DNA of 26,717 nt from a virus (Duplodnaviria; Caudoviricetes). The stretch spans positions 1-26,717 of IMG/VR virus record IMGVR_UViG_3300047373_000106, one strand, 5' to 3'. A program made the translations under genes and the position numbers. The notes beneath the pieces were generated by a model that had not been told where the DNA came from, made no database searches, and saw nothing but the letters and a program-made list of their open reading frames with translations. This document shows positions 7,359 to 15,542 of this stretch, one piece after another (within the stretch, counting starts at the first letter, position 1; each line of letters begins with the position of its first letter).

Positions 7359-8423
7359 ATGGCAGGAGAAGGTATAACAGACCCCAGTCGTGTAGGTCAG
7401 ATTAATTCCGCAGGAGATGTGGATGCGTTGTTTCTTAAAAAGTTCAGTGGAGAAATTCTACAGACCTTTGAGGAGTCCAATGTTTTCAAACCCTTACACA
7501 CTATTCGTACAATTGAGAACGGTAAATCCGCTCAGTTCCCAGTAACAGGTATTGCAACAGCTAATTACCACACACCAGGCGAGAACATCGCTGAAGAAGG
7601 TGGTTCTAGTAGCACATACCTCAGCGACATTAAGAAAGCTGAACAGACAATAACTATCGATAAGATGCTTGTTGCTTCTACTTTCTTAGCTAACATTGAT
7701 GATGTAAAGAATCACTACGACATTCGTTCAGTTTACGCTAACGAGTTAGGTAAGGCTCTTGCACTTCGTTTTGACACTGCTATCTCTAAGACATTCATTG
7801 CTGCTGCTCGTAGCTCTGCTGTTATCACAGGTGGTAAGACAGGTGGACAACTTGATGTTGCTAACAATGACTTCAGTGCAGGTGATGTTGCTGGTACTCC
7901 AGCTGCTGTTACAGGTGCAGAGTTAATTACTGCTTTGTTCACAGCTGCTCAAAAGCTTGACGAGAACGATATTCCTAGTGATGGACGCTTTGCAGTTCTT
8001 CGTCCTAGTGAATACTACAAACTTATTACAGGAGGTAGTGGTGCAGTTGCTATCAATACTTCTGCTGCTAATAAAGATGTAGGAGGTTCAGGATCACTTG
8101 CTTCTGGTAGCATTGCACAAGTAGCTGGTATTCAAATCTATAAGTCAACTCACATTCCATCAACTGACTTGTCAGCTGTTTCTACTGGAGACGGTGCTTC
8201 AAGCAATGATATTTTCGGTGCAAGTGGAGTAGGATACAACGGTGACTTCCGCAATAGCTTGGGTATCGTAGGACACTCAGCTGCTGTTGGAACAGTTAAG
8301 TTGCTTGATCTTGCTACTGAGTCTGAATATCAGATTGAGCGTCAAGGTACATTGTTCGTTGCTAAGTATGCTATGGGACACGGAATCCTCCGTCCTGAGT
8401 GTGCTATCGAACTTGTTTCCTAA
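7359..8423 (+). CDS. major capsid protein, T7 gp10-like
   Basis: ALFLKKFSGEIL, RTIENGKSAQFP, ITIDKML, HYDIRS.Y..ELG.ALA, AKYAMGHGILRPECA; AGGAG upstream. Confidence 0.97.
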   Translation: MAGEGITDPSRVGQINSAGDVDALFLKKFSGEILQTFEESNVFKPLHTIRTIENGKSAQFPVTGIATANYHTPGENIAEEGGSSSTYLSDIKKAEQTITIDKMLVASTFLANIDDVKNHYDIRSVYANELGKALALRFDTAISKTFIAAARSSAVITGGKTGGQLDVANNDFSAGDVAGTPAAVTGAELITALFTAAQKLDENDIPSDGRFAVLRPSEYYKLITGGSGAVAINTSAANKDVGGSGSLASGSIAQVAGIQIYKSTHIPSTDLSAVSTGDGASSNDIFGASGVGYNGDFRNSLGIVGHSAAVGTVKLLDLATESEYQIERQGTLFVAKYAMGHGILRPECAIELVS

Positions 8424-8438
8424 CTTAGGATTCTCTCT

Positions 8439-8496
8439 TCGGTGTTGGGGAGGTTTGGATTCGTTCCACTCCCCTTCACTGATATTTTTATTTATT
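8439..8496 (+). terminator. intrinsic terminator after the capsid gene (T-phi position)
   Basis: Stems TCGGTG/CACTGA, GGGGAG/CTCCCC and TGGA/TCCA followed by TATTTTTATTTATT. Confidence 0.7.
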
Positions 8497-8501
8497 AAGC
8501 T

Positions 8502-9080
8502 ATGGCACTGACAACGAAACTAGAAGCGGTAAACATAATGATCTCTGTAATAGGAGAGTCACCTGTTAATACTTTAAGTGGAACAAGCGTTCCTGTAACC
8601 GTTACACAAGCAGTCCATGCGTTAGACGAAACTAGTAAAGCTATCCAATCAGAAGGATGGCATTTTAATACAGAGTATGATTATCCGTTAGTACCAGATG
8701 CTAGTACTAGTAAGATTACTCTTCCCCTTAACACTTTAAAGGTAGACTTAGACCCTGAGATATACACGGACTCTGATCCTGTACAACGAGGTACTAAGCT
8801 ATACGACAGGAAGAACCACAGAGATACTTGGACCAAGGACTTGAAAGCTATCATTACTTTTGAGTTAGACTTTGAAGAACTACCTGAACAATTTAGACAT
8901 TACATAGCTGTTAAATCAGCTAGAATCTTTGCAGCTAGGTTCTTAGGCAGTCGTGAGATAGAAGGATTTGCTTTGAGAGATGAGATAGAAGCAAAAGCTA
9001 GAGCTATTGAGAGCGACTCTGAGAATGCAGACAGAACTATATTTGATAACTACAGCGTACTAAGAGTACTTGACAGGTAA
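8502..9080 (+). CDS. tail tubular protein A (adaptor), T7 gp11-like
   Basis: LEAVN.M...IGESPV, IQSEGWHFNTE, RG.KLYDR.NH, FEELPE.FR.YI. Confidence 0.95.
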   Translation: MALTTKLEAVNIMISVIGESPVNTLSGTSVPVTVTQAVHALDETSKAIQSEGWHFNTEYDYPLVPDASTSKITLPLNTLKVDLDPEIYTDSDPVQRGTKLYDRKNHRDTWTKDLKAIITFELDFEELPEQFRHYIAVKSARIFAARFLGSREIEGFALRDEIEAKARAIESDSENADRTIFDNYSVLRVLDR

Positions 9081-9082
9081 AG

Positions 9083-12000
9083 ATGCCACTGCTTAACACC
9101 AGTATTCCTAACCTTGCCCAAGGTGTATCACAACAACCTGACAATTTAAGATACCCTGGACAGTGTGATGAGCAGATAAACGCTTGGTCAACTGTAGTAG
9201 AGGGACTTGTTAAAAGACCTAACAGTAGGTTCTTATATGACACAGGACTAGGTGCTGACATTAACACTAATTTATTTAGTCACTATGTGGACAGGGACGA
9301 TGAGAACCAATACCTGATTACCTATGACTCTACTAATAAGTTAAAAGCATTTGATCTGACTGCTGTAAGTATAGGTGCTGCAACTCTTTCTATTTATGTA
9401 GAGGACTCTGCTGCTAGTTTGTATCTTACAGGTGCTACTAATCCTGTCAAAGACCTCAGAGCGTTAACCATTGCAGACTCTACCTTTCTAGTTAACAAAA
9501 AGAAGACTGTAGCTAAGAAAACAGATGCCGATTTAAAAACTAGAGATTTAGATAAAGATGCTTTGATATTTGTTAAGTTAGGAGATTACGATAAAGCTTA
9601 CAGTATTTACTTAGACGGTCAGTTAGTTCCTGTTGCTAGTAGTTTAAACGCTGAACATGATTACACTTCAGGGTCTCATGGTGGTCCTTATAGTCCAGCC
9701 ACATACATAAGCGGAGCAGCTTCACATAGTAATGGTAAGTACGCAGATACTGAATACATAGCTAAAGATTTACTATCTTGTATAGATGAGCTTACAGCAA
9801 GTGGAGGCACTTTAGATGCTTTGAGTTTAACAGGAGGTTCAGGATTTCCTGATACATTTAGTAGCTACAGGAGGGGCAGGGATTACACTTTTAGTGTATT
9901 TCAATATAACAGTAGCGGTGCTGTAATAGGAAGCGGTGCTGGAGGTGTGTTAACGATAAGTGGAAATCAAGTTACTTCTTCTACGATAACTCATAAAGGT
10001 TCAGGGTTTAGCAGTACTTTATCTACATCTTATAGAGACCCTAACGCAGTGGATAAAAGTGGTTTCAGGTTAATAATAAAAGCTACAACTAGAGACACCA
10101 CGACAACTACCAATATCAGATCGATAGACAAACGACCTAAAACTACTTATAAAACTACAAGTTATGACAGCGATGGTGGAACAGGTACTTTCCCTACTCT
10201 ATCAGGTGTAACTATTTCTAGTTCTGCTAAGTTCACTACAGATAGACAAGGGAGTGTTATAAAGATTTCAGCTGATACAGATTTTAGAGTTAGAGTTACT
10301 GATGGATTATCTGACCAAGCGTTAGGTGTTATTTACAAAGAAGTAGACAGCATTACTGATCTTCCTAAATCCTGTTACAATTTATTTAGAGTTAAGATTA
10401 TTGGAGACGCAGATTTAGACCAAGATGATTACTATGTACAATTTAAGACCAAGGACAACGAAGAGTTTGGAGAAGGAAGTTGGATAGAAACATCAGGATG
10501 GCAAAATGATAGTACAGACAAAGGACTTTCTACTGGTATAGATTCTTTCTTAGATGAAGACACAATGCCTGTTAGGTTAGTACCTACTCCGTCCACAGGT
10601 AAGATTACAGGGTTTATTTTAAAAACTGTTGAGTGGGAAGGTAGGAATGCAGGGGATGATTTTAGTAATCCATTTCCTTCTTTTACTAACAACACGATCA
10701 ATGACATCTTCTTCTTTAAGAATAGACTAGGATTCTTGGTTAACGATGGAGTTATAATGTCTGAAGCAGATGAATACTTTAATTTCTTCAGGACTACCAC
10801 ACAATCTCTGTTAGACTCTGCTCCAATAGATGTAGGTGTATCACACACTAAGATTAGTATTCTTAAACACGCACAAGCTTTCCAAGAGAAGTTAATGTTG
10901 TTTTCTCCGAAGACTCAGTTTGTACTTAGAGGTGGAGATTTGTTAACACCTAAGACTGTTACTATATCACCTGTGACTGAGTTTGATGTATCAGATACTA
11001 TTCGTCCGTTAGCACTTAGTAGTTATATATACTTTAACTTTAAAAGAAATAACTTTGAAGGACTGCTTGAATACACAGTAGATAATAACACTGAGACATA
11101 CAGAGCAGCTGAGATAACAGAACAGATAAACAAGTACATACCTACTAACATAGTCAGGATGGAAGGTAGTGCAGCTGAGAATATGGTGGTTGTACAATCA
11201 GATAGTGACTATAAGAAGCTGTATGTATATAAGTACTTTTGGCAAGGGAACGAGAAGATACAGAGTTCCTGGATGACTTTCTCCTTTGCTAGGAATGTTA
11301 GAAGCTTCTTCTTTATTGAAGCTACACTTTATGTCATAACCACCGATTCAGTAGGTACTTATGTAGAGAAGATACCAATGGAGAATGGACTTGTTGAGAG
11401 TGACAGGGGCTATGCTTTATTGTTAGACAGCAGGATTGCAAGTTCAAATGCTACCTATGTCAGTTCTGTTGCTTACACTAGGAGTGGTGGATCAGGGTTA
11501 ATATTTAACGGTGATCCTAAATTTGATGTTACTAAGATAGTATCCACTGGAGGATTTGTATTCAGAGATGGTATGGCGGTGTACACAAAGAATGGTAACA
11601 GAAGAGCTTTGACTATTAGTAACTCTGTTAATACAGAAGCTATAGTTGATGGTAGGTTAGTAGCTTATGTTAAGTATTCTAATTATGTAACAAATGATAG
11701 TTATACATATAAATGTATTTTAACCCACACATCAGATGCAGCCAAAGAACCAGGAACAGGTGCTGATTGGGAAACCTATTGGGAAAGAATAGACTCAACA
11801 ACGATAGTAGCTCCTGCTTGGGCTTTAAGTCAGAGTTATCAGACAGATGTTTTATACAAGTGTATCGAAGGACACACATCATCTGGTACTATACTTCCTG
11901 AGACAGACACACAAAAATGGGAACTAACTTCTGAAGTTTTATCTGCTACAACTTGGAGTGAGAATAGCCACGAGTACCTAAGTGATAAGGATTTCTTCAT

Positions 12001-12385
12001 AGGATTTGAATATGATATGTTATACAGGTTCTCTAAGCAGAACTTAAAACAACCTACAGAGAGAGGTGGACGGTCAGCATCTGATTACACATTCCAAACT
12101 ATTCGTAACGGTAGTATTGAATATGCAGACACAGGACACTTCACTGTAGAAGTAACACCTAAATTTAGAGATAAATACACTTACACTTACAACCCAAGTT
12201 TGTTAGCCTCTGTCAGTACACTTAGTAAATTCACACCTGAGACTGGATTCTTTAAGTTTGCTGTACAAGCTCAACCTAATGATGCCACTATCGAAATTAA
12301 ATCTTCTAGTGCTTTACCAGTGAAACTGTTAGCAGCAGAATTTGAATCAACAATTATATCAAGGAGTAGAAGATATGGAGGTTAG
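9083..12385 (+). CDS. tail tubular protein B (nozzle), T7 gp12-like, with inserted domains
   Basis: IPNL.QGVSQQPD..R, GLVKRP, GDD.SNP.PSF, FFKNRLGFL, YFNFFRTT, Q.SW motifs; 1100 aa. Confidence 0.95.
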   Translation: MPLLNTSIPNLAQGVSQQPDNLRYPGQCDEQINAWSTVVEGLVKRPNSRFLYDTGLGADINTNLFSHYVDRDDENQYLITYDSTNKLKAFDLTAVSIGAATLSIYVEDSAASLYLTGATNPVKDLRALTIADSTFLVNKKKTVAKKTDADLKTRDLDKDALIFVKLGDYDKAYSIYLDGQLVPVASSLNAEHDYTSGSHGGPYSPATYISGAASHSNGKYADTEYIAKDLLSCIDELTASGGTLDALSLTGGSGFPDTFSSYRRGRDYTFSVFQYNSSGAVIGSGAGGVLTISGNQVTSSTITHKGSGFSSTLSTSYRDPNAVDKSGFRLIIKATTRDTTTTTNIRSIDKRPKTTYKTTSYDSDGGTGTFPTLSGVTISSSAKFTTDRQGSVIKISADTDFRVRVTDGLSDQALGVIYKEVDSITDLPKSCYNLFRVKIIGDADLDQDDYYVQFKTKDNEEFGEGSWIETSGWQNDSTDKGLSTGIDSFLDEDTMPVRLVPTPSTGKITGFILKTVEWEGRNAGDDFSNPFPSFTNNTINDIFFFKNRLGFLVNDGVIMSEADEYFNFFRTTTQSLLDSAPIDVGVSHTKISILKHAQAFQEKLMLFSPKTQFVLRGGDLLTPKTVTISPVTEFDVSDTIRPLALSSYIYFNFKRNNFEGLLEYTVDNNTETYRAAEITEQINKYIPTNIVRMEGSAAENMVVVQSDSDYKKLYVYKYFWQGNEKIQSSWMTFSFARNVRSFFFIEATLYVITTDSVGTYVEKIPMENGLVESDRGYALLLDSRIASSNATYVSSVAYTRSGGSGLIFNGDPKFDVTKIVSTGGFVFRDGMAVYTKNGNRRALTISNSVNTEAIVDGRLVAYVKYSNYVTNDSYTYKCILTHTSDAAKEPGTGADWETYWERIDSTTIVAPAWALSQSYQTDVLYKCIEGHTSSGTILPETDTQKWELTSEVLSATTWSENSHEYLSDKDFFIGFEYDMLYRFSKQNLKQPTERGGRSASDYTFQTIRNGSIEYADTGHFTVEVTPKFRDKYTYTYNPSLLASVSTLSKFTPETGFFKFAVQAQPNDATIEIKSSSALPVKLLAAEFESTIISRSRRYGG

Positions 12386-12815
12386 GATTGAACCTAGTAT
12401 GGCAGACCTCGATGCTCCTATGTTATATGAGGACTTACGAGAAGAGGATATGATGGAGTGTATTGGATTGATGCACCACCCTAGAGATGCTGTGTACGGT
12501 TCATTTGAATCAAGCAGTAAATGCTACACCGTCAAGACAGATCAAGACGGTCTATTAGCTTGCTTTGGAGTTAGTCCGAGAGGGAATGTAGGTATAGCTT
12601 GGTTGTTAGGTACTAGGAAATTTTATACGATAAAGAAGAAATTTGTTAAAGAATCACAAGAGTGGATAGATGACTTGATGGATGGATTTGACTACTTAAC
12701 AAACTATGTCATGGAAGCTAATACACTTAGTGTCAGGTGGTTAACTTGGTTAGGTGCTACTTTTGAAGATTGCAATTATCCTGGTTATAAGTCATTTAAG
12801 ATAGAGAGGAAGTAA
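12375..12815 (+). CDS. T7 gp13-like protein (GNAT-fold, DUF2833-like)
   Basis: LREED..EC, G.AWLLGT, L.NYV...N..SVRWL.WLGA.F; AAGGAG RBS at 12361 supports ATG 12375. Confidence 0.8.
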   Translation: MEVRIEPSMADLDAPMLYEDLREEDMMECIGLMHHPRDAVYGSFESSSKCYTVKTDQDGLLACFGVSPRGNVGIAWLLGTRKFYTIKKKFVKESQEWIDDLMDGFDYLTNYVMEANTLSVRWLTWLGATFEDCNYPGYKSFKIERK

Positions 12816-12821
12816 TTTATT

Positions 12822-13325
12822 ATGTGTAATCCAGCAATAGCAATGGCAGCGGTAACAGGTGTTCAAGGAGCATTGCAATTCTCAGCACAGAGACAACAAG
12901 CTAAACAACAAGCTGCCTATCAAGCACAAGCACAAGCTGTAGAGAGACAACGCTTTGTAAGAGAACAATCTGCTACTAGACTTAGGGAATCACAAGACAA
13001 AGAAGCAGAAGCAAGGAAGATGGAGCAGTTAGCTCTCGAACAAAGACAAAGAGTTGCTACAGGTGTTACAGCGATGGGAGAAGCAGGAGCTATATCAGAA
13101 GCACCTATTGATGATTTATACGCACAGTACGGTAGAGTTAAATCAGCACAAGCTAGACAACAAGAGTTTAAAGCTGTAGGTACTGAGTTAGCTTTAGAAG
13201 AACAAGGGTTTGGATTCCAACAAGAGATGATGAGGTTAAGTAAACCTGTGTCAAAACCTAGTTTACTGCTGTCAGCTTTAGAAACAGGAACAAAAGCAGC
13301 ACGATCTTACAAGGAGTTTTCATAA
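12822..13325 (+). CDS. internal virion protein, T7 gp14-like
   Basis: MCNP N-terminus, Ala/Gln-rich helical body, synteny after gp13. Confidence 0.75.
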   Translation: MCNPAIAMAAVTGVQGALQFSAQRQQAKQQAAYQAQAQAVERQRFVREQSATRLRESQDKEAEARKMEQLALEQRQRVATGVTAMGEAGAISEAPIDDLYAQYGRVKSAQARQQEFKAVGTELALEEQGFGFQQEMMRLSKPVSKPSLLLSALETGTKAARSYKEFS

Positions 13326-13329
13326 TAAC

Positions 13330-15531
13330 ATGGCTGAGAAAAGACGAGTAGTAGTACAGGGATTAGGAGGAGCAGTTCCATCTTTACAAGCAGCTATACC
13401 AGGAAGTGTAGGGCAAACTAGAACACAACTTCAACAAGCTACTCCTTGGCAAGAATCTAAACTAGGTCAACTGTCTCAAGCTTTAGGTGTAGCAGTACAA
13501 GGTGTTGGGGAGTTAAAGCAGATAGGCGAACAACAACTTGAACGAGACATAGAAGATTTAGCAAGTAAAAGCCCTGAAGAGATAGAGAAACTTAAAAAGA
13601 ATGCAGAAGGAGAGTTTGATAAGTTAACTAGGAAAGGTGGACTTAGGTGGCTTGCTTCTCCTGTTAACCAAGAAAGAAGAGCTAAAGCAGCAGGTTCTTT
13701 AATGAGTCGTGATTTAATATCACAGATTACATTAAGGTTAGAAAACCCTGAACAAGGTGACTCTGATTTAGGTGCAGATAAAATAGTACAACAACTACGA
13801 GATTCCTACATAGAGGAAAATCCTGGTATTAGAGATTCTTTATTAGCTCGTGAAGGTTTACAACAGTCTCTCAATAGAATAACTCCTAGCTTGAAGGTTA
13901 ACTTTGAAAGGAAAATAAACGCTATAGCTAAAGGAGAAAACGGAGTAGCAGTGGTAAATTCTTTTTATGACCACATAGATCATTTAGTAGACAACGACAC
14001 TCTTAAACCTGGTGATATAGCAAGTGGAGCACATACAGAAGTATTTAATAAAATATGGGAAGATACTAACGCACATTCACCTGCTGAACAAAGAGAGTTA
14101 TTTAAAAATATATTATTCAACCTAACAAAAAACGGACACGCAGATGAAGCTAGGGAACTTAGGTTATGGGCTGAAGATAATAAATTGAAATTTGGTACTG
14201 CTGTTATGTCTGAATTAGAAAGAGATAACTACGATAAATTTATTGAAGACACAGAAGAACAAGCTGAATCATCGTTTGATAAAGACCAATTAAAAATAGC
14301 TGAGGAACTAGAAGCACAAATTGGAAACGCTATTTTTGATCTTAAAGAAAAAAAGACAGTAACAGAATTTAACGGTACACCTGTAAACAATGTTAATGAA
14401 TTAATAGATTTAGTAGGCGAGACATACGAAGACAGTAACGGTGTTCGTTTATCTTCAGCGACTCAAAGAAAACTTAGGAAAAGTGTAATCTACGAAGTAA
14501 ATACTTATAAAAGCCCAGAGAAGAGAGCAGCTGATGCTAGTTATAATGCATCTCGCAATGAGTTTGCTGATTTATTTAATACTTCAGAAGAAAACAACAT
14601 AACAACAGGAATAGTAACAACACTTCAAAACGAATACACTGATATTGTAGGTATTATAGAAGGCAACCCAAATATTTTAATTGAAGCTATAAATGAATTT
14701 AACAGTGAACTACAAGAAGAAGCACAACGATTAGCAGCAGAGTCAGAAGATTTTGATCCTGTAAAAATAAAGAATGAGTTAACTCCTTTTGCACGGAAAC
14801 TTTACAAAACAACACAGAAGAATTTAAGAGAAGAATACGAAAAAGTTGCTAAAGTAAAAAAAGAACAAAATGATTTACTTCAAACAACTAAATCAGAAGC
14901 AGGTAATGAAAAATTAATAGAAGATTCCTTTTGGGCAAAGATAGGGCTTGCTGGATTAACGGACAAAGAGAAAGTAGAAAATTACATAGCAGTTTTAGGT
15001 AACACAGAAATAGAAGATGTTAAAGAACAGAACAAAGCTTATAGAAAACTAGGTGATCTTGATTTTACTGATCTATTGGACAAAGCATACAAGAGGAAAC
15101 CTGTTTCTGTACAACGGTTTTCTACTACAGGGTTTGATCCTTTATCTCCTGTGGAAATATATATGACACCAGAAGAAGCTGAAGAAGTAAAAACTTTGTA
15201 TAAGAAGAGTGCTATTCATTTAGGTTATTATACTGATCTAGGAATCTTGCAAGATGGTATGCTACCTGAAGGTGAGCGATTTAATCCTAGGGCTTTAGAC
15301 GCTAAAGTTATTCCTATATTAACATATAAAGAGATAAAAATGGGTTTGACTACTACGGATTCAATTAAAGAAAAAGCTGAACTAATAGGACGAGGAGATG
15401 ATATAGATAGTTTCCTCAGAGAACAGGAAAAATTATTAGAAAGCTACGAGAAGAATAAGCGTACTTATCCACGATTTGAACAATCAGTTTCAGCTCGACC
15501 TCCAAGTTTAATTAATCCTTTTGGATTTTAG
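13330..15531 (+). CDS. internal virion protein, T7 gp15-position
   Basis: 733-aa helical protein between gp14-like and gp16-like genes; LGQLSQALG N-terminal motif. Confidence 0.7.
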   Translation: MAEKRRVVVQGLGGAVPSLQAAIPGSVGQTRTQLQQATPWQESKLGQLSQALGVAVQGVGELKQIGEQQLERDIEDLASKSPEEIEKLKKNAEGEFDKLTRKGGLRWLASPVNQERRAKAAGSLMSRDLISQITLRLENPEQGDSDLGADKIVQQLRDSYIEENPGIRDSLLAREGLQQSLNRITPSLKVNFERKINAIAKGENGVAVVNSFYDHIDHLVDNDTLKPGDIASGAHTEVFNKIWEDTNAHSPAEQRELFKNILFNLTKNGHADEARELRLWAEDNKLKFGTAVMSELERDNYDKFIEDTEEQAESSFDKDQLKIAEELEAQIGNAIFDLKEKKTVTEFNGTPVNNVNELIDLVGETYEDSNGVRLSSATQRKLRKSVIYEVNTYKSPEKRAADASYNASRNEFADLFNTSEENNITTGIVTTLQNEYTDIVGIIEGNPNILIEAINEFNSELQEEAQRLAAESEDFDPVKIKNELTPFARKLYKTTQKNLREEYEKVAKVKKEQNDLLQTTKSEAGNEKLIEDSFWAKIGLAGLTDKEKVENYIAVLGNTEIEDVKEQNKAYRKLGDLDFTDLLDKAYKRKPVSVQRFSTTGFDPLSPVEIYMTPEEAEEVKTLYKKSAIHLGYYTDLGILQDGMLPEGERFNPRALDAKVIPILTYKEIKMGLTTTDSIKEKAELIGRGDDIDSFLREQEKLLESYEKNKRTYPRFEQSVSARPPSLINPFGF

Positions 15532-15542
15532 TTTTTATTATT

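Noticed and set aside
8287-8511. T7 gp10B-style frameshift extension of the capsid
   Set aside because: The open frame is +1, the end sequence GTT TCC TAA is not an established slippery site, and the ~30-aa extension simply reads through the terminator hairpin
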